This document shows positions 36,144-48,740 of a DNA stretch of 64,000 bases, in pieces. Position numbers and translations under genes: made by a program. Under the pieces are notes generated by a model. It did not search any database, was not told the DNA's origin, and saw only the letters and a program-made list of their open reading frames with translations. Location of the stretch: positions 99,698,001 to 99,762,000 of the forward strand of contig CM052817.1 of the NCBI GenBank assembly GCA_028534125.1. Direction: 5' to 3'. This DNA is from Lama glama. Lineage: Eukaryota. The number at the start of each line of letters is the position of its first letter. Position 1 is the stretch's first letter.

Positions 36144-37655
36144 CCCTCTCCGTTTCTGTTTCTGTCTCTGTCTCTCTCTATATATATATTTATATAACAG
36201 ACTTTAAAAGATTTATATGTAATACATAACATATATTATATATATGACATGCAAACATACAGTCATCATAGAAACAGAATGAAAGAGAGCTACACAGTGA
36301 AAAAAAAACTTTTCCAAGGAAAATTACTGATGAGGTGAGACTGAGATTGAACTGTGTCAATTCTGTCTGTGGAGGCTGGAGATGTCCAGGATGTCAGGTT
36401 TCTGAACAAGTCAGCCAACTTTCCAACCCATCTGCCAAGAGCACAGCCCAGTTCTGCCTCAGCCGAGTGACCCATCTGGGAGCCCTGGCCGAGGGAGACA
36501 ACAGTGTTGTTATCTCCTCATAGAACTGGGCACGACTGCGGAGCAACACACACTAGCATTTTTGTTAGGAGTTGGCAAGTTCACAATTAGCTCAATTGTT
36601 TCAGAAAGTGCGCAAATGTGCGATGGCTTCGTGTTGTTAATGTCTGCAGTGTGCGGAGAATAAAAGGATGGCTGGGGGAGGGGGCACACCAGTTTGAATT
36701 ATTCAAATACATGCAGAATTATACAGCCCTAAAGACTCCATTTCAGAGCCTCCTTCCTGCATCGACATAATGTATTAGATTCTATCAAGTCTTCCAAATA
36801 ACTCTCTTGCTTTGAGTTGGGAATTGAAAAGAGGTCCATTCATTCCTTCGGGCTACCAGGTGATCATTTTTGTTGTTGGCAAAAGGAAAAAAAGATAGAA
36901 ATGACACAAGACTGGACTGGTAAACGTCCCTCAGTCACCCTGCCATGTCTTTTTTTTTTTTTTTTTACATCGCAGCAGCTCGGAGGCTGTCAGTCTTTCA
37001 TTGTAAGTCCCACGGTGTCTACAGTCATGCTTAGCCATGGCTGCTATCATTATTTTTCCTTCTAGTATTTTGAGCTAAAATAAATAGTTGGGGATCTATC
37101 ATCCAATTATCAAAAGACTCACTCTCTGATAAGTTAAGTTCTTGTATCTCCAGAGAGCGATATCAAGTCAGGCCAGCAAGATGCTCTTTTGTGTTGGGTT
37201 TCCCAGTCCAGGAGCAAATCAAAGTAGAATAATGATCAGTCCAGGTGATTAATCAACAAATATTCAATGAGTGACCACCGGAACTCAGCACAGAGCTAGG
37301 TGCTATGAGATATATAAACATGTGTTACGGATCTACAAATAAGAAGGGAAGTGTAAATTTATAAAGGAAAATAGATATTTGTGGTGAAAGGGTGTTTGGT
37401 AGGGAGTGGATCTAAAAACTGTTAGAATTTTGAGCTTTCAAGATAGCATAATCTAGTTAGGGAGACAAATTACACTGATAGCAGAGAATTAATGATTGCT
37501 AAAGAGTTTGGTCTTAGTTATCAGTGAAATGTAAATTTATAAAAGGAAAATCTAGATTGGCTTAGGTAAAGGGTTTACTCTATGAAGCAATTTAAAACAA
37601 GACAGGATGAATAATTCATATTATAGAGTCAAGCTAAGAAGTCTGAAATTGATAC

Positions 37656-37683
<28 letters not shown>
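37656..37683. repeat. (CA)14 microsatellite
   Basis: Direct read. Confidence 0.95.
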
Positions 37684-37686
<3 letters not shown>

Positions 37687-39771
37687 AAGCAACTCTCCTG
37701 AGCAAGGGGACGACTGTCAGTCAAGAGCCATAATTGTGCTGGGCACTGTGCCAGGTGCTGGGGGCACCAAGATGCCCAGTGTGTGGTACTTGCTCTGACA
37801 GAACTCACAAAGAGGCATTTTAGGAACCGGATTCAGCTGCCGTCCATGGGACAGACAGGAGTGGGAAGAGTCCAGAGCCAAACAGACCAGCTACGAGGAT
37901 GGGCAGGCTGGTGTTGAGGACCTGGGCTACTCTGTTGGTCTGAGGAGAGCAGAGAAAAATGAGTCGGGAAGGCACTAACGTACCTGGAGCCTGGAAAAAG
38001 GGAATGAAAGATAGGAATGCTCTAAGGAGGGAGGGACACGGGCTCCGTGAGGCTGCCACCAACTGAAACCAGGCAATTGTGAAGGCAGCTAGTTGGAACG
38101 GAGAAGGGTTGAAGATCTTGAAAGTGAGCTAGTGGCAGGACGTACATGTTGGAATAAATAGTGGGAAGAAGGAACTATGTAAGATAGATGAGAATGGATG
38201 AATTGTACAGGAACTGAGGACTGAGAGAGACAGAGAGAGAGAAAGAAGCTCAGAGCCTTGTGGGCATCATCCCTGGAATTAGGAGTTGGGAAGGGAGAAG
38301 GGACTCAAAAGTCTTTGAAAAGATCAAGAAGAAGTAGGGAAATTAGTGTCACTGTATCTAAGGGAGGAAGGAATTTCAAGGAGTGGGTTGTCAGGGTGGT
38401 TAAATGCCACAGAGAGGCTGAAGAGAACGAAAACCAAGATAAAGCCATTCATTGTATAAGATTGCACTCTATTAAACAGCATGTGGAGGTTTTTTTGTTT
38501 GTTTTAAAATTAAATGAGAAGTACCAGATATTAATAAGCTCTGAAATAAAACACATATGCATATGAACAATGTCAAAGTTTCAGTGACCAGAAAGGCTGA
38601 GAAAACAGTACCTTATAATCACATCGCATTTTTCTTTTCTAAGCACCTTCGACCACATTATTTCAACTGATCATTTACAACATTCCTGAGATGATCAGAG
38701 CCTCAAAGGAATCAAATTTCCGTTTTTTTCCATCATTTACTTGCTCAGTTACAGTTTGCATTTGTATAGCTTTCGATAAATAACTCTCCAGCATCTTTGT
38801 TGACAGAAAATGAAATATGATGCTAATAAGGATGAAACCCGTGGTAATAATACCCAATATTTATATGGCATAAGGTGATTTCACATGTTATTTCATCTTA
38901 CCATCAACAGTTCTGTGAGATGTCTCATTGTCTCCATTTTATTCGTGTGAGCAGCTTTTAAAAGCCCATGTCAAAAACAAATACACTGAACAGAGCTAAG
39001 CTAGACCAAATATATGGGATTTTCATGTTTAATAAACTTAAGCTCCACTAAGAATAATGAAGAAAATCTTATCAGAGAACAAGAAAAAAGAATCTCAACA
39101 TAGCAGGACACATCAATAAATGTATCCCCTTTCTATGAGCAGACAGAATAGAAAGTTGCATGTCTCATTTGAAAGTCTCAAAGATTTCTGTTCGTTAGAA
39201 ATTTTGTGGTTGCAATGACAAAACCCACCTCAAACTCATATAGGGAAAAAAGTGGCAGAGGATTTATTGGCTCAGTAGTTGAAAAGTTTAATAAGACTAG
39301 AAGTTCAGTCTAAAGGTTCAGACATGGCTGGATCCACGTGCAATTCAAGTTGAAAAAGAAAGTAGCATCAGTACTTGGGTGGGCTGTGCGTGCAGGTACC
39401 ATGTGAGTGCCCGCGCGCACGTGTATGTGTGTGGTGGCGGGGAATCGGAAGTGACGGTGAGAATCAGCCCTACCTCAACCCCAAGGACTTGGAGCAGTAA
39501 TTCTCATAAACTGTGAACAGTAGTTCCTGTAAAGAAGGGATTTTTCTTCAGAGGAAAATCAAAGGGTTCCTCGCAGAAGAATGGATAGCTGGGCAGGTAA
39601 AACCAGCAAATGTTCCAAATTACTCCCGTCTTCAAATAGTGTTCCACCGGCTCGCTTGATATTGTCACTGTTACTTCTCACTGTTTAAGAATTTGGGACT
39701 CAGGAGTTTCTTACAGATACTCTGGGGTCAAAGTTCTTAATGCTAGCTACACATAGAATCACCGGGTGACC

Positions 39772-39818
39772 AAAAAAAAAAAAAAAAAAAAGAAAGAGAG
39801 AGAGAGAAAGAAAGATGA

Positions 39819-39870
<52 letters not shown>

Positions 39871-39982
39871 NNNNNNNNNNNNNNNNNNNNNNNNNNNNNN
39901 NNNNNNNNNNNNNNNNNNNNNNNNNNNNNNNNNNNNNNNNNNNNNNNNNNNNNNNNNNNNNNNNNNNNNNGAAAGAAAGAAA
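39772..39982. repeat. A-run / (GA)n / (GAAA)n microsatellite spanning a 100-N gap (39871-39970)
   Basis: GAAA units on both sides of the N-run. Confidence 0.95.
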
Positions 39983-41508
39983 ATGCATGTGTGAGCCTAA
40001 CGTCTCAAGTCTGGACCAATGTCTGGACCTCAACACCTCAAGTTTTGTCCACGCAATAAGTGTTTGAAAGGAATAACAAACTGCAGAGTTAATAGCAGGA
40101 GATACCAGTTCCTCATCTCATAGCTTTCCTCTCCTCCGTTTCCACCTCCCATGCTATCAGTGAGCACTCTTGAACAGAGTAGGTGCCCCATCGATACTGG
40201 CAGAACTGAATACAGTGGAACTGAATGGAGAAAATATACTTTATTATCCATGTTTGTGTGCTTTCCTCCTTTGAACAGACTAGACTCCTACTATCTGTTC
40301 GTGATTTACTGTCTCCACGGCAAGAAAAGTGGTGAACAAAATGAGGAGGAGTCACGTTTGTGTTCAGTCAGAGACCCTCCAGTCCAAAAGGGGAGAGAGT
40401 GATGCATTTATAGGAATTACTGTTTCCAGCTGGGGGAGCTCCCAGCACCAGTCAACCATCACCCCTGTCTTAGGGGATTGAAAGGAATCTAAATCTTAAG
40501 GGGATTTAGGAGTTAGGCAGAGAACAGGGAGTCTGGGGTTTGCTCAGCCTGTATAAAGTCCCGTGAGCAAAAGGAAGCCTAGCTCATTTGGAGACTTGCA
40601 GCAAGTGGTTCATAGGGCTAGAAGATACTGCCTAAGGGCGGAGTGGCCTGACGGAAGCTGTAGAAAAAGAGTCAGGGATATAAGGGGGAACTTTATTTTC
40701 ATTCAAGCGCTTAGGGCTCTAAAGAAATGTGTATTACAGACCACAGTCCCACACAGCCTATCATTTTCTGTTTGTGTGCTGAAAAAAAAAATTACAGCTT
40801 TAAACTGGATTTTAAAATCAGTTCCCCAAATAAACCAAATGGCCTCCCTAAAACCCCTGCGATTTGGTGCTTTTTTTTTTTTTTTTTTGATTGGGTGCTC
40901 TTGTGCTGCAGTGCCGCGGCTCGGCCACAGGGGTGCAGTGCAGCTCAGCGTACAGTGGGAACCGGCGATGACTGGTGAATGGTGTGGGGGCGGGGTCCCA
41001 GGGAACCCCTCCCTAAAGTGGCAAACGCGGTTCTTCTTGAACTAGATGGAGCGGATTACCCCCACTTCTACCCTCTACACGCCCTTCCACTATCATCCAT
41101 TGCCCTTCCTTGCCAAAAACAAAACCAAAACTCATACATAGTGTGTGTGGAGTACGAAATTGTAAATTGATGGTTCTTACAGGATTTGCTTATCTGCACC
41201 CGTATCCCAGAGAACAGTGGACTTGCCTCGTAAAAAAATTCGAAATAACCAAAATGTTCAGTGATCAGGGACTGACTAAACGACTTGTTATGTATTCATA
41301 CGAAGAAATACAATACGCCCTTTAAAAGATAGGAGAACTGATAATAAGAAAATGTTAAGTGAAAAAAAGCAAAATCCTAACAATACATGGGTTTACATAA
41401 GTGTTTATATTGCATATATTTACATAGAATAAACCCCTGGAAGTTACAAGTGATAATCCTTGACGGTAGAATTACTGTTGTTTTTTGTTTTCTTCTTTAT
41501 AGTGTTTT

Positions 41509-41856
41509 TAATTTTTTTTGTATATATGTGTTTTTTTATTAATCAGTTTACAATATTGTGTCAATTTCTGGTGTACAGCACAGTGCTTCAGTCATACATG
41601 AACAATACATACATTCATTTTCATATTCTTTTTCATCATAAGTTACTACAAGATATTGAATATAGTTCCGTATGCTATACAGTATAAACTTGTTGTTTAT
41701 CTATTTTATACATATTAGGTAGTATCTGCAAATCTCAAACTCCCAGTTTATCCCTTCCCACCTCATGCCCCCCTGGTAACCATAAGTTCATTTTCTATTT
41801 CTGTAAGCCTGTTTCTGTTTTGTAAATAAGTTCGTCTGTCCTTTTTTTTTTTTTTT
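41509..41856 (-). mobile_element. Lineage-specific L1 3'-UTR fused downstream of U6
   Basis: GAACTTATTTACAAAACAGAAACAG..GGGAAGGGATAAACTGGGAGTTTGAGATTTGCAGATAC on the minus strand; whole chimera flanked by TATAGTGTTTT (41498-41508 / 41948-41958). Confidence 0.92.
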
Positions 41857-41947
41857 AATATGGAGCACTTCACAAATTTGTGTGTCATTCCTGCTAATCT
41901 TCTCTACATCGTTCCAATTTTAGTAGATGTGCTGCCGAAGCAAGCAC
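41857..41947 (-). pseudogene. RNU6: U6 snRNA retrocopy (5' part of a U6-L1 chimera) with an internal 13 nt deletion
   Basis: Minus strand GTGCTTGCTTCGGCAGCACATCTACTAAAATTGGAACGATGTAGAGAAGATTAGCA-GGAATGACACACAAATTTGTGAAGTGCTCCATATT; U6 from +1, lacking ~TGGCCCCTGCGCA; ACAGAGA box mutated. Confidence 0.95.
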
Positions 41948-42859
41948 TATAGTGTTTTATATTTTACAAAATGGTGAATATGGATACTTTAATACTTAGA
42001 AGAAAATTAATGAGGGAACTTCCAAAACAAATAAGTAAATATCCATCCCACCATATGCAAAAGGAGAATTTTATAATTTTATCATGGTTACGTGAGGCTG
42101 TGTTGGCTCACGGGAGTGATTCCATGTTTGCTTATTAACATTAATGGGTCTTCCACTGATACAGGCCAAGGACTGAGAAGCCCACTCACAAGTCCTTGAA
42201 AGAATAATAAGACATGAGAACATACTAGTAGTGATTACAGATAATTGTTTATTTTCTTCTGAATACTCTTCTGTATTTTTCATGTATAGAAAGCATGTAC
42301 AGATTTTATTTTAAAATATAAAAAACAATAGCAAGTATAGGCCATAAAATGAAAACAAACACAGTTAAATGAACAGGAATGGAGAAACAAAGATTTTAAG
42401 GTTTAATTTCCAATCATTTAGAGAAAGATCTTCCTTCTCCAGTTTGAAACAGAATCTTAATTTGTCACATGTAATTTGAGGTAGCCATCATTTTTGCATG
42501 CTAAAAATGATTATTTTGATAAATACATCTTTTCAATGATAAAACTTTAAAAAATCTAAACTTTAAAACTTTTTAAAAATTACAAAAGCATTATACAATT
42601 TTTGTGAAAAACAACTGATAACTTCTTCACTTAGAACTGTAAATATTTTGCTTTAAATTCTTCCAGATATATAAACAGATATTTTAAAACAAAGGAGGAA
42701 CCTATCATTTTGTGACCTGCTAAATTCACATAACTATATAACCTGAACTTTCCCCCACGTCATTAAATACATGATTTTTGATGCCTGGCCTACATACTTA
42801 TTTTAACGTAAGTGTATATCATAATTTACTTAACCAGTTTCCTTTTGTTAAATATCTGT

Positions 42860-45115
42860 TTATTTTCTAGTTTTTTTTCCCCATATACCTTTTATCCAGT
42901 CCCCCCAAAGTTAACATCTGACAAAACCATGTCAATACTGAAGCCAGGGAAAATATTGATATAACACAATTAATCTACAGACGTTTCGCAAATGTTTTCC
43001 AGTTGTCCCTGTAGTGTCCTTTTTTCTCATTAAAGAGCAATCCAAGATTTACATTACATTTAGTTGTCTTGCATCCTTAGTTCCCCCTAGTTTGGAAAAT
43101 TTCTGCAGTCCTTCTATTTTCTAGTTTTTAGCCACTGAGAATAAGGATGATTTTAATATTTTTGTTCTTGTTTGTATGTGTTTGACCACTTTTCAGTAAA
43201 AATTGCTAGAACTGAACTGCTCAGTCAAAAGTGTTTCAGCCATTTGCTAATTGATACATGGAAATGGTGCTCCAATCTGCACGTCCCTCAGTAGCATCTA
43301 TTTTGACTACTATGGCGTTATTATTGGTCTTCAAGTCAGGTAGTCTTAGTCATTCAACTTTATTCTTCTTTTTCAAAGTCCTTTTGGCTCTTTCAGGTCT
43401 TTTGCATTTCCATATGAATTTTAGAAGCCCTTGTCAATTTCTACCAAGGAAAAATCTGCTGGCATTTTGACTGGGATAGCACTGAATCTAGAAATAAATT
43501 TGGGAATAACTGACATAATTTAATTAATTGTAAGTTTATATATTAGTTTTTAAAAATTGATAGATTTTTTTTAAAGAACTGGGTTAGTTTGACAGGAAAA
43601 TTGATCAGAAAGTGCAGAGAGTTCTCACCTACTCTCTCTACTCCCCAGTTTCCCATATTATTTACACTGGGAACTATTGTGGTACATGTGTTACAACTGA
43701 TGAACCAGTACTGATACATTATTATTAACTAAACTTTATAGCTTATGTTACGTATTCGCTTTTTGTACATTCTGTAGGTTTTAACAAATATATAATGCCA
43801 TGTATCCACCATTACAGTATTATACAGATTAGAAGTTATACAGACACAAAATTATACAGATTACTTTCATACTATTGATTTTTGTATATTGATCTTGTAT
43901 CCTATAACCTTTCTAAACCCACCTGTTAGTTCTAGTGGCTTTTTTGTAGATTCTATTAGATTTTCTAAATAATGACCATATTGTCTGACAGTAAGAGCAG
44001 TTTTACTTCTTCCTCTCTAGAACCTGTAGTTCACTGTTGAAAAGAAGTGTTGATCCATGCCTGGCTCCTGATCTTAGCGGGTAATACATTCAATCTGTCA
44101 CAGTTAAGTATGACGTTAGTTAGATTTTTCATGGACGCCTTTTATGAGGTTGAGGAAGTTCCTTAGTTTACTGAAAAAATGGATGTTAGATTTTTGTCAA
44201 ATGCCTTTATGCATCTCATGCTCAGATGATCTTACGATTTTTCTTTTTCAGTTTAATATGGTGAATTACAGTGAATAATTTTCTGATGTTAAGCTACTAC
44301 ATTCCTGTATTATACCCCACTTGGTCATGATGATGTATTATTAATACTGAATTTTGTTTAGAATTTTTTTGTATGTATATTAATGGGTGATATTGATCTA
44401 CAGTTTTCTTGTAATGTGTTTGTCCCAATCTGGTGTCAGGAGAATGTTGGCCTCATGGAATTAATCAGAAATTAAATTTAAATTTTCTGGAAATCTATTT
44501 ATAGTTGGTATTATTTCTTCCTTAAACGTTGGTAGTGTTCACCAGGAAAGCTCTCTAAACCTGGAGTTTTTTTGTGGGGGAAGATTCTTAACTACATATT
44601 CAATTTTGGAAATAGATGTATAGGGTTCTTTAAGTTGCCTAGTTCTTCTTGAGTGAGCTTTGATAGTTTGTACCTTTCAAGTTTTTCCTGTCACTTATGC
44701 AGTTTCCTCACATGCATGCACTAATCAATACTCTGCTGAAAACTCAGGGGGCCGCTGTACACCTGCAGGGTTCTCTCTCTCTGCAGCTCTTTCTTCTCTG
44801 GTACCCTGGCCTGTGACTGCTAAGCGTTTTGGTTTCTTGGACGGTCAGCTCCATCTCAACTCTGGGAGTCCGCTGGGCTGAGCTGAGAGCTCTGTCCCTG
44901 CACAGCAGCCCCGACCCCCTCCCAGAGCAGTAAGCTGCGGCAAGCGTGGGCCTCCCCTTCCTTGTTTCCCACCTTCCAGGGGTCATTTTTCTTCATTGTC
45001 TGCTGCTCGTTGACTTGAGAACTCTTCTTAAATTTTACCTTTTTCTTTCTTTTGGGGGATTTCAGGTGGGAGAATAAATTGAGTCCATGTTACTCCATCT
45101 TGTGTGGAAACAGAA
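42860..45115 (-). mobile_element. Cluster of old antisense L1 fragments (L1MC 3' ends, ORF2 pieces, 5' region)
   Basis: TTTGCATTTCCATATGAATTTTAGAA, ACAACTGATGAACCAGTACTGATACATTATTATTAACTAAA, CCCCACTTGGTCATGATG, GTTACTCCATCTTG. Confidence 0.75.
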
Positions 45116-45517
45116 GCCCCTTACATGTTTTTATATCTTTGTAGCAAAGCTTTTTCATAGTCCAAAATTTCTTAAATTTACATTTGGCAGAGGCTACGTA
45201 CCTTTGAACAGCAATGAATTCCTCAAGAACTGTTTAAAAAAAACCTCTGAGAATCCCCTGTAAGTCTTTATTACTTAATCTGTGAAAGTGCTATAAACTG
45301 TAAAGCTCTATAGAGTTATGATGTATTATTATTGTTATATGTTCCATGCTATACAAAACTTTATATATATTTTAGGCTTACATTGTTCTGCTTTCACATA
45401 AGATTTAGGAACAACTGAGTAAACAGTATTATGAGATGCTTAATTTTGATAACTTATCCACTTACATTTAATAAGTATTTCTAGTTTAACCATGAGTCAT
45501 TACATATGAAGATCCTT

Positions 45518-45669
45518 GGGGGAGGGTATAGCTTAGTGGCAGAGTGAGCTTAGTATGCAGGAGGTCCTGGGTTCAATCCCCAGTGTCTCTGTTAAAAGTA
45601 AAAACAAACAAACAAACAAATCTAATTATCTCCTCCCCATCCCCAAACCATCACCCCAAATTTAAAAAA
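45518..45669 (+). mobile_element. Camelid-type tRNA-derived SINE
   Basis: GGGGGAGGGTATAGCTTAGTGGCAGAG..GAGGTCCTGGGTTCAATCCCCAGT..(CAAA)n..CTAATTATCTCC; imperfect TSD ATGAAGATCCT / ATGAGAATCCT. Confidence 0.92.
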
Positions 45670-46961
45670 CATGAGAATCCTGGACAGGACTATTTTAAAA
45701 GTTTATTTTGGAGAAGGCTTTCTCTTAATATCTTGCCTTTACAAGGTCTAGAACTTTAGGAAATGTTTAAGTGAAAGGAAAGTTAGCAAAAATTATAGTA
45801 ATTAATGAACATTAAGGACAAAAATTAAAATACCCATTCAGAGCTGCAAACGTAAAACTCTGTCTCTTATCACGGCTTCAATTGACTACCTTCTAGTGAA
45901 CACTGAAGTCTATCAAGTTCAATTACTTTATAAGTGGCAAAATAATTATAAGTTTCCAAAAATGATGGCAGGAATCTCAGTAAGTGCTTTCGGAGCTTGG
46001 AACTCTATTCAGTTTTTAAATTTTTTTCTTTTTTAATATATAACTTGTAATAGCTTAGTGATTAGTTTAGCAATCTCTTTCTTAAAACTTTTTTTCACCC
46101 ATGGTAAATATTTTAAATGTATCTAATGAATGGTAGGAAGGCTTTCATAAACATATGAAAGTCTGAAGATAAAGGTTAAGCCAGTGGGAAGAATTTCCCT
46201 TTGCAGAGAAATGCATTCGCTCATTCCGCCACTGTTCGGCAGAGTAATAACAACAAACCAGCCAATCAGCCAAAAAAAAAAAAAAAATTAACAACCAACT
46301 CTTTCAAGATCACCTCATTAGTATTCTCAGGTAACTGTCTGCAGGCTTTAGAGATAAATGAATTAACTGTGAATCCTTACTTGAGAAAAATTCTCTTTTC
46401 TTCATGATGAAAAAGGAAATAAAACTAACCCTTTGATGGGTGAAATTTAATACAATGTGTATTTTAAAAGGGTAAGTTTGCAAGTTGTCATAAACCAAAT
46501 CAATCAAATGTAGTAAAGGAACTAAGATTCTGAATCAAACCCTCTTCTGTATTTTGATTCATCCTATTTTGATTCATATGGTTACCACGTCCTATCAAAT
46601 ACAGAAACCAGTGAGCCGCATTAATTGGACACCTGACAGCTTTCTGGTAAAGCAGTTACAGACTCTTAACATTAAAATGATCAGGAGATGTCAACTTGAT
46701 TTGAATAGAACTGCAAGACTGAAGTTTCTTGTAAGAAAAAAATAATTACTGACTGTTGTATCAATTTGGAGACTTCTGGGTCCAATGAGAACAAACATGA
46801 TATATTTCCTTCATGGAAAATGCACCACATTGGGCATGGAGTTTATCCTAATCTTCTGCTTCTTCCAAACATGTCCTGCCGCAACTGTGAGGATGCTGGC
46901 CACTGTGAATTATTTTTTAGGAGGGAAATTTTAATCTTTTCCTTTTAAAAAATCAGTCATG

Positions 46962-47541
46962 CAAATGCTGGAGAGGCTGTGGAGAAAAGGGAACCCTCCT
47001 ACATTGCTGGTGGGAATGCAGTTTGGTGCAGCCACTGTGGAAAACAGTGTGGTGATTCCTCAAAAGACTAGGAATAGATTTACCATATGACCCAGGAATC
47101 CTGCTCCTGGGCNNNNNNNNNNNNNNNNNNNNNNNNNNNNNNNNNNNNNNNNNNNNNNNNNNNNNNNNNNNNNNNNNNNNNNNNNNNNNNNNNNNNNNNN
47201 NNNNNNNNNNNNGGAATCTTAAAAAAAAAAAAGAACATAAATACAATACAGAAACAGACTCATAGACATAGAATACAAACTTGTGGTTGCCAAGGGGGGG
47301 TGGTGGGAAGGGATAGACTGGGAGTTCAAAATTTGTAGACACTCATAGGCATATGTAGAGTAGATAAACAAGATTATACAGTATAGCACAGGGAAATATA
47401 TACAAGATCTTATGGTAGCTCACAGCAAAAAAAATTTGACAATGAATATATGTATGTTCATGTATAACTGAAAAATTGTGCTCTACAATGGAATTTGACA
47501 CAACATTGTAAAATGACTGTAACTCAATAAAAAATTTTTTT
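46962..47541 (+). mobile_element. Young 5'-truncated lineage-specific L1 with a perfect 14 bp TSD; contains a 100-N gap (47113-47212)
   Basis: AAATGCTGGAGAGGCTGTGGAGAAAAGGGAACCCTCCTAC (ORF2 C-terminus) through 3'-UTR AATAAA; TSD AAAAATCAGTCATG at 46948-46961 and 47542-47555. Confidence 0.93.
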
Positions 47542-47561
47542 AAAAATCAGTCATGATAGCT

Positions 47562-47880
47562 CTGTCACATGCTATGGCATGATGAATCTGGAAGACATTA
47601 TCCTATGTGAGATAAGCCAGACTCAGAAGGATTGATACTGTATGATCCCACTTATATGTGGTTCCTAGAGACATCAAATTCAAAGTAGAATGGAAGTTGC
47701 CAGGGAGGTGGGGAGTAGGGGAGTGTTGTTTAACTAATATAGGGTTTAATTTTGCAAGATGAAAAGAGATCTGGTGACCCATTGCATAACAAGGTGAATA
47801 TACCTCACTCTACTGAACTGTCACGTGACAGTGGTTAGGATGGAAATTTTCATGTCATGTGTATTTTACCACAATTTAGA
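47562..47880 (+). mobile_element. L1MB-like 3'-UTR
   Basis: GAAGACATTATCCTATGTGAGATAAGCCAG..TTTTGCAAGATGAAAAG..GTATTTTACCACAATT. Confidence 0.8.
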
Positions 47881-48399
47881 GTGAAACAAACAAACTTTCA
47901 GTGACTTCCCGTTGTTGATAACAGTAACTCCTGGTATTTTTTTTTCATCAAGGCACACATGGAAATGATCACTAGCACACTAGGGTGCATAAACCAAGTC
48001 ATTCAAGATCAGAGGTGAGCAGCTGAGGTCTGTGGCTGTTTCACACTCCATGTTTGCCAAAAAGGCTGACACTTCAGTAACTCTTTCATAGATTCCTAGT
48101 TAGTAATATATAGATATAGATATTTAAATATATAAATTTAAAAAGCAATGTAAATTGACATATATCTAAATATCAGCCTACAGGCAAGGATGCTTTGAGG
48201 GGTGCAAACAATTTTGTTGGAACTTTGCTCACCTACCATTTGACCCTGCATCTTATTGGATGTCAACTCCATTTTTCAGAAAAGCTCTAATTTACTGATT
48301 TTCAGTCAGAAGTAGAACTGCTTTGCAAAATGTTTAGCATCTCTAGTCTGAACCTTTCGGTACATGCCTTCTGATTTATAAAGGAAGAGTTTCTCCAGG

Positions 48400-48740
48400 G
48401 AAATGGTTCTCAGCAGTTGGTCCTACACTGCTTCTCACACTTTTGTGTGATTACCAAGCACTGGATATCTTGTTCGAATGCAGTTTCAGATTCCCTGGGT
48501 TTGGGGTGTGCCTTACTCTTTTTTTGCATCTCTAACAATCTCTCTAACATTTTTTGAGTATCAAGGCATTAGGGGGTGTTCAGGAATGTGCAGGGGCATT
48601 TTTGGTTGTCACACACCTGGGAACACTCCTGGCAACACTCCCTGGTAGGGAGCAGGTATGTTAAGCTTCTTGCGACGTGCAGGAGAGTTCTACACAGTGA
48701 AAAATTATTCCACCCCAAATACCAGTAGTTCCCCCTTTAA
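48400..48740. mobile_element. Degraded hAT MITEs (MER5-like, then MER20B/MER3-like)
   Basis: ATGCAGTTTCAGATTCCCTGGGTTTGGGGTG..TGCATCTCTAACAA; GGGGCATTTTTGGTTGTCAC..AATTATTCCACCCCAAAT. Confidence 0.55.

Noticed and set aside
39743..40059. ORFs spanning the (GAAA)n tract and N-gap
   Set aside because: Artefacts of the microsatellite and assembly gap.
40563..41045. 160 aa ORF
   Set aside because: Runs through A and T homopolymers (KKK, FFFFF), GTG start, no homology recognised.
41857..41947. Functional U6 gene
   Set aside because: Internal deletion, mutated ACAGAGA box, fused to L1 and TSD-flanked.
45518..45590. tRNA-like sequence with A and B boxes
   Set aside because: SINE head followed by the family tail and TSD, not a tRNA gene; the same applies to the copies at ~21.3 and ~49.1 kb.
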